Assembly: GCF_001194135.2 (NCBI RefSeq)
Contig: NC_068984.1
Location: forward strand, 30,427,069-30,475,667
Direction of reading: 5' to 3'
From: Octopus bimaculoides
Lineage: Eukaryota
Length of the DNA stretch: 48,599 bases
In this document: positions 12,980 through 25,041 of the stretch, in pieces
How the letters are laid out: every line of letters starts with the position of its first letter
Numbering within the stretch: the first letter of the stretch is position 1
Translations under genes and position numbers: made by a program
The notes under the pieces: generated by a model
What the model saw: the letters and a program-made list of their open reading frames with translations, nothing else
The model's database searches: none
What the model was told of the DNA's origin: nothing

Positions 12980-14321
12980 TATATATAAAATATATATATA
13001 ATATATATATAGGCATATATATACAGACATATATATGCATACTGACCTATATATCTGTATATATATGCATATATGGGAACAGAACGTCACAAAACGTAAA
13101 CAACATGAAATACGAAAACATGAAAGGAACTGCAAGGTTGTTATTGCCGCCATGAATTATTTTTGTGCGTGTCGGAGCTAGTTTGTATGTATGCCAGCTT
13201 TGTGTGTTATGCTTAGCACTGTCTAAGTGAAAGAAAGTAACAATTTCTTTTCTGCAGTAACCAAATGTCCAACCTGAAGGTAACAAGCAAGCAACTAGGG
13301 CTTACTGACCAGGAAAGGATCGAACAGTAGAAAAGTTGACTCAACAGGTTATATCTAATATTCTGTTACCAGAGAGTTTGGGAAAAGAGATGTGAAAACA
13401 ATGATGCTGATGATGATTGAAGAAGAAGATGATGATGATGACAATGATGACAACAATGAGGATGATGCAAGTTTAGAGATTGTGTGTAGGTATTTTCTAA
13501 TTAATAGGATAAAGCTTTTTAGATTACATGGCGAATCTACAACTTAGAACCCCACTGCATGGTAAATTATTAATATTGTTTTACACCTTGAGAAAATGGC
13601 AGGAAGATTCACCTCTGGAATAATTTGAACTCAAAATAATAGAAGCATGAATTTATATCCTCGTAGATATTTAGACTATGTTCCACTATTTCTGTTACTT
13701 TGCTGTCCTGGTTAAAGTATATAGAAATAACAAAATTTTCACCAAACTGTCCGTTATTTAAGTTCTCACCAAAACAAACACACATCTAATTCAAAATTGT
13801 AAGCAATATTTCATTTGTTATATAAGCAATAAATGGTAAAATATTAACGTGTGTTTCGTAACAAAATAAAAATGGTTTAAACAAAACAATGAAAATGATA
13901 TACCAAACTGTTATAAATTTTAGTAATTTTATTGACAATTTTCTTTCTTTTCTCATATCAATATTAATGTTAGATACAAGATATTTCTATCTTCATTTGT
14001 ATTTTCATTACTGTATTCGTTAGGAAGGAATAAATAGAACTGAGACAATATTAATTATTTTCAATCAGTCGAAGTGACATTTGTCCCTGCTATTAAAATT
14101 AATCAATTTATTTTTCAGAGTTAATGATACCAGTTCAATATTCATCACGATTTCCTTATTTCTTTAATTAGTTTTACCATTCCTTTTCACTATTCTTCAA
14201 TTCTTCCACCTTTCAGTTTAATATGTTATTTGTCTATTTTGGAAATTCATACTGGGCTTGTTTGAGTTTCAGATATTACTTTGCTTCTGTATCATCTCTA
14301 CATAGTTACATATATACACAC

Positions 14322-14361
<40 letters not shown>

Positions 14362-14437
14362 GCATATGTATGTATGTCTGTGAATACACACACACACACA
14401 TAGTGTGCATATATGCACACGTGTATGTGTGTATGGT

Positions 14438-14682
14438 GGTTGGCATTTGGAAGGGCATCCAGCAGTAAAAACCATGCCAAAACTAACCTTGCCTCTGCTA
14501 GTGCCACATAAAAAGCACTGAGTCCACTCTGCTGAGTGGTAGGTGCTAGGAAGGGCATCCAGCCATAAAAACTCTGCCAAGACAGACACAGTAGCCAGGC
14601 ATAGTCTTTTACCTGGCTCGCTCTTTTCAATAACTCTACCCATGCATGCATAGAAGACAAACATTAAACAACGATGTTGTTG
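14438..14682 (+). mobile_element. SINE-like family C (AGGAAGGGCATCCAGC core, GAT-repeat tail)
   Basis: Two GGAAGGGCATCCAGC cores, then ACCCATGCATGCATAGAAGACAAACATTAAACAACGATG. Homologous to the copies at 17079, 18688, 26602 and 37215. Confidence 0.75.
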
Positions 14683-14920
14683 ATTATACATATATATACA
14701 TATATATATATACATATATATATATACATATATNNNNNNNNNNNNNNNNNNNNNNNNNNNNNNNNNNNNNNNNNNNNNNNNNNNNNNNNNNNNNNNNNNN
14801 NNNNNNNNNNNNNNNNNNNNNNNNNNNNNNNNNAAAACCACAATGATACACCAGGATGACACAGGGGAATATCCATATTGTTAGCTGATTAAGTAAAAGT
14901 TTTGCAAAAACATTACCAAC

Positions 14921-15231
14921 ATATACCTATGTGTTCTATTGTCAAAAGCAGGATATGTGAACCGTATGAAGTCACATGAAAATCGTGATGCCCAGATAGA
15001 TAATGATCTTGGACACCAACCACCACTTATGACTTGTGTCATATGTCAAAAAACTTGTAAGACAAAATCTGGACTTAAAAGACATGCTAGTTCACAAAAG
15101 CATTCCCTCAGAATCAGATTCCAAAGGGCAAAGATTTAGAAGAAACCTGAATAATATTTGTCACTTGTGTTTTAAACCCAGTCAGTCAGCAGGTGGTCTT
15201 AAATGTCATGTAAGGGCTCATCAACAAAGTG

Positions 15232-15233
<2 letters not shown>
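14921..15233 (+). pseudogene. Remnant of three C2H2 zinc fingers, probably a LINE (RTE-like) ORF2 C-terminal tail
   Basis: C..VLLSKAGYVNRMKSH (damaged); CVICQKTCKTKSGLKRH, then frameshift near 15083 to MLVH; CHLCFKPSQSAGGLKCHVRAH. Linkers are long and not TGEKP. The LINE assignment is from memory, not verified. Confidence 0.7.
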
Positions 15234-15287
<54 letters not shown>

Positions 15288-16299
15288 TTTAGGGGAAAAA
15301 AATGGTTTTTTTTTCCTTATGAGGTTTTTCCCGCTAACTACTTGATAAATTATTANNNNNNNNNNNNNNNNNNNNNNNNNNNNNNNNNNNNNNNNNNNNN
15401 NNNNNNNNNNNNNNNNNNNNNNNNNNNNNNNNNNNNNNNNNNNNNNNNNNNNNNNNNNNNNNNNNNNNNNNNNNNNNNNNNNNNNNNNNNNNNNNNNNNN
15501 NNNNNNNNNNNNNNNNNNNNNNNNNNNNNNNNNNNNNNNNNNNNNNNNNNNNNNNNNNNNNNNNNNNNNNNNNNNNNNNNNNNNNNNNNNNNNNNNNNNN
15601 NNNNNNNNNNNNNNNNNNNNNNNNNNNNNNNNNNNNNNNNNNNNNNNNNNNNNNNNNNNNNNNNNNNNNNNNNNNNNNNNNNNNNNNNNNNNNNNNNNNN
15701 NNNNNNNNNNNNNNNNNNNNNNNNNNNNNNNNNNNNNNNNNNNNNNNNNNNNNNNNNNNNNNNNNNNNNNNNNNNNNNNNNNNNNNNNNNNNNNNNNNNN
15801 NNNNNNNNNNNNNNNNNNNNNNNNNNNNNNNNNNNNNNNNNNNNNNNNNNNNNNNNNNNNNNNNNNNNNNNNNNNNNNNNNNNNNNNNNNNNNNNNNNNN
15901 NNNNNNNNNNNNNNNNNNNNNNNNNNNNNNNNNNNNNNNNNNNNNNNNNNNNNNNNNNNNNNNNNNNNNNNNNNNNNNNNNNNNNNNNNNNNNNNNNNNN
16001 NNNNNNNNNNNNNNNNNNNNNNNNAAAAAAATAATTCAAATATTTTATTTTTATGTAAGGGACAAATTTCACGTAATTCTTTTGGAAACAATATGAATGC
16101 ATCTAGCTATTAATCACATTAAAATATAGTTTCAAAGACTTTCTTTAATATTAAGCTAATTAATATGAACAAATCAAATATTCTAAAATTCTTTGTGAAC
16201 TTTACTCCTGGAAATGCTGGAAATTCACAACAAATATAGTTTCTTTAAATCTGAGACATCTTATAAATCTATAAGTAAGCAAATTTAGGTGGATTCTAT

Positions 16300-16730
16300 A
16301 TTATCATTGATTTGGAACTTAGCTTCCCTTTCTCTTCCTTTCTTTACACTGGTCCCGAGCTGACCAGTTGCAAATTATCTGTCTTTCCATCCTTTAGGAC
16401 ATTTACTAAGTGTTACCCACTATTCTCATCTACTTGGCTCCAAGGCTATATTTTAATCGACTGTTCATCCTTGTCTATCATCCTAAATCATACTCTCTGT
16501 CATTTTGCTTTGTTTTGACTTGTTTTGTTTGCTCTCACCCTGAATCCTCCACAAAAAGATTTCTTTTTTGTGGGCACCACCAATTGTGAAGCTCTCAGTC
16601 TTATCTTTAAAGGTGCAAAACTGAGTATTAGCAATTGGTTGATGACTGATGAAGAATTAAGGACCTTCTGTGTTTGTCTCCTGTCTGTTTTACACTCAGA
16701 ATATGCTATATTGTATGTTTATTTACCATA
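16300..16730 (-). mobile_element. Possible very old RTE-type LINE ORF2 3' relic
   Basis: Minus-strand pieces HILSVKQTGDKHR.SLILHQS; PQKRNLFVEDSG*EQTKQ; I*PWSQVDENSG*HLV loosely follow RTE C-terminal motifs. Many stops. Confidence 0.3.
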
Positions 16731-16840
16731 CACTTTTTTCATTTATTAAGTAATGGAATGCAACACACACCAAATGTATGTGTGTGTGTGTGTGTGTATG
16801 TATGTATATATATATATATATATATCTATATATATATATA

Positions 16841-16917
16841 TATGACGTTGACCACTAACGTGGACATTTAATGTGCTAGAAATAGATCAAATGTCCAAGT
16901 TAGTGGTCAACGCCATA
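16841..16917. repeat. Inverted repeat / hairpin, MITE-like
   Basis: 29-bp arms (16841-16869, 16889-16917) with 27 of 29 complementary, 19-nt spacer, embedded in (TA)n. Confidence 0.9.
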
Positions 16918-17078
16918 TATAAAAATGTACTTTAATCCCCAGAGATTGCAGATACTGTTTCTGAATCTCTGATTCTTTAAATGTGCTAGCTTCCTGGTAA
17001 TTAATCGATATTAATTAATATATTATTTTTTGCCATTTTTTAATAATAATTTTTTAATAATAATATATATATATATAT

Positions 17079-17370
17079 CCGAACATGGTCAATGCCAGGT
17101 CTGCCTGATTGGCTCCCATGCCAGTGGCATGTAAAAAGCACCATCCGAATGTGGCCAATGCCAGGGCTGCCTGGCTGACTCACATGCCAGTGCCACGTAA
17201 GAAGCACCCACTACACTCTTGGAGTGGTTGGTGTGAGGAAGGGAATCCAGCTGTAGAAACATTGCCAGATCAGATTGGAACCAGGTGCAGCGGCTGGCTT
17301 TCCAGACCTAAGTCAAACCGTTTAATCCATGTCAGTATGGAAAACGGGCATGAAACAATGATGATGATAC
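17079..17370 (+). mobile_element. SINE-like family C with duplicated ~66-bp 5' unit
   Basis: Two imperfect ~66-bp units (17079-17144, 17145-17210), core GAGGAAGGGAATCCAGCTGTAGAAAC, tail CCATGTCAGTATGGAAAACGGGCATGAAACAATGATGATGAT. Confidence 0.85.
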
Positions 17371-17385
17371 CTTTATATGTACAAT

Positions 17386-17434
<49 letters not shown>

Positions 17435-17675
17435 ATATATATATATATANNNNNNNNNNTGAAACATAATTGCAAACAATGTATTCAGAAGAAATAAGGA
17501 GCAATCAAGTAATTTGTTAAAGAATAAAGAAATGTATTCCTCCTCTACTATAATTTGCTGCTATAATGATATAATATTATAGAATATTTATAATATATTC
17601 TAATAAACAGCAATGTCTGCAATAGAAGACCTTCTAATTCAGCAGAACTAAGATCTGGAAGTTGTGTGCGCATGC

Positions 17676-17726
<51 letters not shown>

Positions 17727-17831
17727 TATGTGTGTATGTGTGTGTGTGTGTGTATGTGTGTGTGTATGTGTGTGTGTGTATGTGTGTGTATGTATGTATG
17801 TATGTATGTATGTAAGTGAGTGAGTGAGTGA

Positions 17832-17877
<46 letters not shown>

Positions 17878-17960
17878 ATGGGCACTTTGCCCAGTTTTCC
17901 CCTGATTAATACTAATATTATTCCAAATATTTTGGCAAATACAATATTGGACAAACTTAC

Positions 17961-19615
17961 CTCAGAGAAGTTTGAAGAAGCCTTTACACCATACTTGAAT
18001 GACATCACTAGACAAAGAACTGTCCTGTAGAGCAACATACAAATGAAACTTTTGGTAAACATGTTCACTGAGTAGAACATATGTTGTGCGATTAGCAATT
18101 ATTTAAGAGATCAATAGATGCAAGTTATTTTTTAGTTAATAATAAAATAATTATAATTTTGGATACTCTAAGTACATGATATCCTGCTTGAGTTCCTAAT
18201 CTCTGGAAAAAATATTTTAACTACATATATAGTCCAAGAGAGATAATGAAAACTTATTCAAATAAAATGAAATCTAATCTTTTAGCTTTTGCATGTTTTG
18301 GTCATGATATTGTGGCTATTCTTCGGCACTGTCTTTAAGAATTTTTAATGAAATGAATCGACTCCAGTACTTATTCTTGTCAAGATTGGTACTTATTCTA
18401 TCTGTCTCTTTTTGTTGACCAGCTAAGTTATCGGATGTAAACACACCAACACTGGTTGTCAAGTGGGTTTGGAGGACAAACATATGTGTGTATATATATA
18501 TATATATATAAAATTTAGAGAAAAAAAAACACAATTCTTGAATTCATCCATGAAAATCCATATTATATATTGTGAAACTTAATTTAATTTTAATAAATTA
18601 AATTAAATTGAATTTTTGCCTGTAAATTTGGATTTTTATCCCTAATATATCTATGTATATATATGTGTGTGTGTGTGCATATATACCGTCATCATCATCA
18701 TCATTTAACATCCACCTTCCATGCTGGCATGGGTAAAATGGTTTGACAAGAGCTGGCCAGGCAGAAGCCTGCACCAAAATTCTGTAACTGTTTTGGCAGG
18801 GTTTTTACAGGTGTGTGCCCTGCCTAACACTAATCACTCATCAGAGTAGACTATATATATTTACATATATACATATAAGACAGGTGTCTTTCAGTTTCTG
18901 TCTACCAAATCCAAGGCAATAGTAGAAGACACTTGCCTAAGGTGCCATGCAGTGAGACTGAACCTGGAACCATGTGGTTAGGAAGCAAACTTCTTACCAC
19001 ACAGCCACTCCTGCACTAAACGTTAAAAAATTCTCTTCATAGAATATTTAAATTAGACAGTATCATTGGTTATACCAATATTAGAAAATGTAAGGTTGTT
19101 AGAAAGAGAAGAATTCAGTAGCAATGAATTTATGAATTTGATAAAACTTATATTACTTATGTAATTGTTGTTAGTAAGTTAGTTGTGATGGAATTATGAA
19201 TCTTGTTCATTCAAATTTTGCATATTTTTATTTTACTGAGTCTTACTTTTGCTACAGTTGTTCTCAGGAAGTCGTCTCTTATAACATATTGATGTAATCT
19301 GCTGCTGTTTCAATGATAAAAATAAAATTCTGCCTTCTTTTTTTATGCACACACTCACAGACAAACACGCACATACACATGCATGCACGCTGCACACATG
19401 ACACACATACATGTGTGTATTATATACATATGTATATACATATGTGTATATATATATATATATACACATACATATACACATATATATATATATATATACA
19501 CATGTATATATATATATATACACATGTATATATATACATATATATTAATATATATATGTATATATGTATATATACACACATACATATATATATACACACA
19601 CATGCATATATATGC

Positions 19616-19659
<44 letters not shown>

Positions 19660-20759
19660 TTGTAACATTTTTTAGATGCTTGTACACATGTAATTTATAA
19701 ATAAACAAATGTAAACTGAAGAAAATTGTGTGTAATTATTGAAAACTGAAGAGAATAAGACAAACAAAACAACCATATTTAAAAACAATTTGAATTAAAA
19801 GAAAAAGAAAACTACATTGTTTCTTTTCTACTTACATATAACAATATATAACAATTCATGTAAACTATTCTTACACTTTCATAATTCTTATGTAAATGAC
19901 ATTTTAAGAAACAGATTTATATCTTTAAAAAACATTAAGGAAAGATTATTTATCTTTCTTACTCTCTCAAATTATTATCATTTTGTTGTTGCATAATACA
20001 TCATTGCTTGAGGCAGATGAGAGATGGAAGTAAAAAAAAAGCCCTATAATTAGTTTCTTAACATGCTCTTCTGTGGTCAGCTGTTAGTTAATTAATTAAT
20101 CATTAATCAATAATATTGAAGTGGCTACCATTTAGAAAAAAAAAGTTTAATCTTTAGTGCATTTCTTTTATAAAAATTCGAATTGAATTACAAGAAAAAA
20201 TACGCCAGATAATTACTATAATGATTAAAACCATATAATTATCTTCTAATTTGTATCATTGTATCTAAAACAGTGACAATTAGATTTATAAAGTAAATAT
20301 AAGTACAAGGTATTAAATAAGAGCCATATTTCTAACAACACTTTGGTTATATTTTTGCTATTTACACCCATTCAATAATGTGCCATTCTTTATAGCATAT
20401 AAATATTGAAATCTAAGTGCTCTGATACCATAGTATAGAATGGGAAGAATCTTGCTCAACTGACTAGAAATAACAGCCAAATTCAAATTCATTCAAACCT
20501 TATACAATTGTTTAAAATAAAAGTCTTGGACAATTTAGTCTTAAATATAAAATGTTTTTATGGATAGGCATTTGTATCAAGGTTGACCTAATCCTATACA
20601 ACAACACAATTGGAATCTGTAAAATATAATGATCAAATTTAGAAAAAGAGATACAAATGTCCTTACCCATTCTTTTCCAAATCAATCATCAGACGGTTTT
20701 GTGCACCACAGGTCACAATGTGCTTCTGAGTCTGTCTTGATTGAACCATTCTTTTCCAT
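17961..20759 (-). CDS. Candidate spliced exons of an unidentified gene (low confidence)
   Basis: Exons 20759-20667, 19304-19247, 18202-18176 and 18024-17961 have AG/GT ends (donors GTAAGG, GTAAGA, GTACTT, GTAAGT) and join in phase as [79 protein letters not shown]. No homolog recognised. Confidence 0.25.
18279..19016 (-). mobile_element. SINE family A on minus strand, interrupted in its central microsatellite
   Basis: Head at about 18880-19016 and tail at about 18279-18490 are reverse complements of family A. The middle holds about 400 bp of other DNA, including a family C SINE. Confidence 0.8.
18688..18848 (-). mobile_element. SINE-like family C nested in the family A copy
   Basis: CATCATCATCATTTAACATCCACCTTCCATGCTGGCATGGG...TTTTGGCAGGGTTTTTACAG is the reverse complement of the family C tail and core. 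Confidence 0.8.
19340..19660. repeat. Compound (TA)/(CA)/(TG) microsatellite, representative of many
   Basis: Similar tracts at about 670-820, 2290-2580, 17390-17875, 20915-21285, 22245-23225, 26265-26520, 27075-27155 and 42895-43135. These produce most of the YI/HT/CV ORFs. Confidence 0.97.
20440..20610 (-). repeat. Repeat family E, degenerate
   Basis: CTAGAAATAACAGCCAAAT...TTGGACAATTTAGTC...TCAAGGTTGACCTAA is the reverse complement of the family E order. Confidence 0.45.
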
Positions 20760-21769
20760 CTTGAGGCAAATCACTTACATAAATCAGCTTTCCATTGTTA
20801 TAGAGGACATCCAAGTGGCCTTTTTCAATATCCTGCATACCCCTCAGTAATTATGCAGGTTCACCTGCTATCTATGAGTTTTGCAACAAGTCTGGCTCAG
20901 CAGAACTTGTGCTTTTGGTATGTATGTGTGTATGCATGTATGTATGCATTATGCATGTATGTATGTGTGTGTGTATGTGTAAGCGTGTGTGTGTGTGCAT
21001 GCATGTATGTATGTATGTATATCATTATTCAGTTTTATTTCAAGATTTATTGCCAATAAAGAAAGAGCCGTTTTCTAACTGAGATCCAAGGCCCCTTCAT
21101 TGGAATTTCAACAACATTTTTTATGTACGCATATATGTATGTATGTATGTATGTATACATGCAGATTTGTATGTTTTGTTGTATGTATTCTCATGCCTAT
21201 AGTTCTAGACATGCTCATATATACTTAAATGTATGCATGCATTTATGTATGTACATATGTATGTATGCATGTATGTATTGTAAAATGTTGAGTTATCTAG
21301 TGGCACACAAAAGTCTAGATTATTTACATGAACAAGACTCCAGCATATATTAGCACCTTATACGAGACATATAATGCATATGAAAACAAAAATTGTAATA
21401 GACTAAGATTGTACGTGAACTGTCCCATCTAAAACATAACTGATGTCTCTTAAATCCATGATGCTTTCTCCTCTCTCACTATTTTTCTTTTTACTATTTC
21501 TCTCTCCCTCACTCTCTCACTCTTTCTCTCTCTCTCTCACACACACATCTCTCCTCTCAAGACTGTCTAAAGTAACTGTGTGTGATATTTCTTCTTTCAA
21601 TGATTCCTGATCAGAATATGTATGAAAGAACTACACCTTACCACATCACAATATAGAATAGTAAAGAATTACTATAGCAGAGTTCACCATGGGCAACTTC
21701 CCCTCTACACTTCAACTGTAATCTAAAATTGAATAATAGTTAATTTACAAATGTACTACCCTCTTCTGT

Positions 21770-21808
<39 letters not shown>

Positions 21809-22242
21809 CAGTGAAATAAACTCCCTGAATGTCTATGTATTGGGACATCCATAGAATTAGAATTAAAACAGACACAAATATCTAACAGATAATTTTGTGT
21901 TGTTCAGTTTTCATTTGTAAATGAGCTATGTTTCCATGGTGCTGTTTTGTCCTGCGTTTTTTGAAAACTTCAAGAGGGAGGCATGCTGTTGTTTCAGTTG
22001 TTCATTTGAGTAATCAGTGAGATTTTCAAAAGTGAACTTCTATCAGTGATTGATCTTCTAAGCAAGCGTACAGTTCATTGATCAATATTGACAAATTCTA
22101 GAATCAAATTGTATCTATTGATCATGTAATGACAACAACAATGACAACAACAATGAGTGCCATAACAACTTACAATAAACACATCAAAATTGATATGAAC
22201 AATAAGAAGAGATATAACAATAACATATGATGCTCACTGTCC

Positions 22243-22292
<50 letters not shown>

Positions 22293-22691
22293 NNNNNNNN
22301 NNNNNNNNNNNNNNNNNNNNNNNNNNNNNNNNNNNNNNNNNNNNNNNNNNNNNNNNNNNNNNNNNNNNNNNNNNNNNNNNNNNNNNNNNNNNNNNNNNNN
22401 NNNNNNNNNNNNNNNNNNNNNNNNNNNNNNNNNNNNNNNNNNNNNNNNNNNNNNNNNNNNNNNNNNNNNNNNNNNNNNNNNNNNNNNNNNNNNNNNNNNN
22501 NNNNNNNNNNNNNNNNNNNNNNNNNNNNNNNNNNNNNNNNNNNNNNNNNNNNNNNNNNNNNNNNNNNNNNNNNNNNNNNNNNNNNNNNNNNNNNNNNNNN
22601 NNNNNNNNNNNNNNNNNNNNNNNNNNNNNNNNNNNNNNNNNNNNNNNNNNNNNNNNNNNNNNNNNNNNNNNNNNNNNNNNNNNNNNNNNNN

Positions 22692-22735
<44 letters not shown>

Positions 22736-23060
22736 CACACACACACACACATATATATATGCATACAGAGAAAGCAACAGAAAGGAAGAGAGAGAGAGAG
22801 AGAGATAGTACATAGTAAATGTTCAAATTTTATTGTAAGTGTTAGAAAGTTTAACGTCTCATAGTTCCTAGAACATATATCATGGAGAGGTACCCTGTGT
22901 GCTGAAGCTATGTTTCTATATACCTATCTTTCTATCTATCTGTGTATATATGAGTGTGTGTGTATACACACACGTATATATACATACACATACGTACATA
23001 TATATATGCATATACATATATATATATATGCATATATATATGTATATATATATATGTGTG

Positions 23061-23102
<42 letters not shown>

Positions 23103-23188
23103 TATGTATATGTATATATATATATNNNNNNNNNNNNNNNNNNNNNNNNNNNNNNNNNNNNNNNNNNNNNNNNNNNNNNNNNNNNNNN

Positions 23189-23227
<39 letters not shown>

Positions 23228-23641
23228 GAATAGTAAAGAGAAAGTTCTTGGAACAGTATCATATGTATTTGAAAGAATGAGTAGAGATGTCTTCTTTGAA
23301 GAGATCATTTTAATTTTAATCCTAATAATAATGTTTCAAGTGAATTAATCTGACATGAGCTTTGAGCTTCAAGTAGATGCTTTCAAACTGAAAAATGTAT
23401 GCTTTCCTGGTTACAAGATTTTTTCTTACAAGTATACATACAAAAATATATACATAAAAAATGGAAAAGAATATATAAAAAGCTTGAAACTTATATCAGA
23501 GTAACTCACTGTAAACATTATTACTAATATTGAAATAAAAATTATCCCCTCAAAAAAGCCATCTCTACTCATTCTTTCAAATATAAGACTGCTAGACCCA
23601 CAGGTTTTTTTCATTCTCTCTCTCTTTATTTTCTGTTATTC

Positions 23642-23677
23642 CTTTCTGTTGAAGAGCATAAGCTCAAAATGTAAAAG
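23642..23677 (+). ncRNA. Decayed second copy of the variant hammerhead-like motif
   Basis: CTTT-CTGTTGAA-GAG-CATAAG-CTC-AAAAT-GTA-AAAG. Same architecture as 45706-45742; GAAAC has decayed to AAAAT, consistent with CpG transitions. Confidence 0.5.
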
Positions 23678-23824
23678 ACATTATCATTTTTCATAGTGTC
23701 AAACTCATACACNNNNNNNNNNNNNNNNNNNNNNNNNNNNNNNNNNNNNNNNNNNNNNNNNNNNNNNNNNNNNNNNNNNNNNNNNNNNNNNNNNNNNATA
23801 TATATATATATATATATATATATA

Positions 23825-24225
23825 GGTACAGTTGTGGCTGTGTGGTAAGTAGCTTGTGTACCAGCCACATGATTCCGGGTTCAATCCCACTTTGTGACAC
23901 CTTGGGTGAGTGTCTTCTCTATAGCCTCGAGCTGACCAAAGCCTTGTGAGCAGATTTGGTAGGCAGAGACTGAAAGGAGCCTGTCATATATGTGAGTGTG
24001 TGTGTGTGTATGTGTGTGTTTATGTTTGTGTGTCCGTGTTTGTCCCGCCCACCATTGCTTGACAACCAATGTTGGTGTGTTATGTCCCTGTAACTTAGCA
24101 GTTTGGTAAAAGAGACTGATAGAATAAGTACTGGGCTTACAAAGAATAAGACCTGGGTTCGATTTGTTTGACGAAAGACGGTGCTCGAGCATGGCTACAG
24201 TCAAATGACTGAAATAGAAAGAAAA
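23825..24225 (+). mobile_element. SINE family A, full length
   Basis: Colinear with 9195-9553 over head, microsatellite and tail. Confidence 0.9.
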
Positions 24226-24259
24226 AATATATATACAGACTTGCATATGTATATAAGTG

Positions 24260-24680
24260 ATGGTGTGTGGCTAAGGGGTTAGGGTATTTGGCTCATGATC
24301 ATAAGGTCATGAGTTTGATTCCTAGCAGTACATTGCATCCTTGAGCAAGACACTTAATTTCATGTTGCTCCAGTCTACTCAACTGGCAAAAATGAGTAGC
24401 ACCTGTCACATTCTGTGTTCAAATTCCGCTGAGGTCGACTTTGCCTTTCAGCCTTTAGGGGTCGATAAATTAAGTACCAGTTACGCACTGGGGTCAGTGT
24501 AATCGACTAGTCCCCTCCCCATAAATTTCAAGCCTTGTGCCTATAGTAGAAATATTTCTGTGTCACACTGACTATACCTGAGAACTATGTCAAAAGTGTG
24601 TATGTCTATGGAATACTCAGTCATTTCCATGTTAATTTCAAGAGCAAGATGTTTCATTTATCGGATCAACTGGAAACCAC
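24260..24680 (+). mobile_element. tRNA-derived SINE family D (CORE-like), host of the nested family B copy
   Basis: TGGCTAAGGGGTTAGG (A-box-like), GAGTTTGATTCC (B-box-like), CCTTGAGCAAGACACTTAAT CORE-like segment. The non-B sequence resumes after 24556 to ...GGATCAACTGGAAACC. Confidence 0.7.
24418..24555 (+). mobile_element. 5'-truncated SINE family B nested in a family D SINE
   Basis: TTCAAATTCCGCTGAGGTCGACTTTGCCTTTCAGCCTTTAGGGGTCGATAAATTAAGTACCAG..., flanked by TTCTGTG at 24411-24417 and 24556-24562. Confidence 0.85.
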
Positions 24681-25041
24681 ATCTGTTAATCATTCTGATC
24701 TTTTGACATATCATATTCCATATATGATATGTTCTAATTCTCTTACTAACTGTTCTCTAAAATAGCTCACCTCTGGCCATACAACTACATGAGTAACAGC
24801 AATAATTATAACAGTCTGGAAATCAAACACTGCTTATCTAATGTCTCAAATTTAACCACTACACTACAATAGCTCAACATATATTGCACTGAATTTACCC
24901 AAATATTCTGATACTATAAACTCGTAAGGTTAAAATGCCTTCAGGTATTCCAGCTCATTCTCAGATGAACAAATAAATGAAAAAGGATTTTCTTCCTAGC
25001 ATGACTGAGTCACAAGTGCAGCAAATTCAAATTAATTCTAT

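Noticed and set aside
13070-13330. Repeat-like, slightly GC-richer block
   Set aside because: No termini, second copy or coding motif found, so it cannot be classified.
21900-22110. Faint mariner HTH-like peptides on the minus strand
   Set aside because: Too degenerate; no TIR or catalytic motif.
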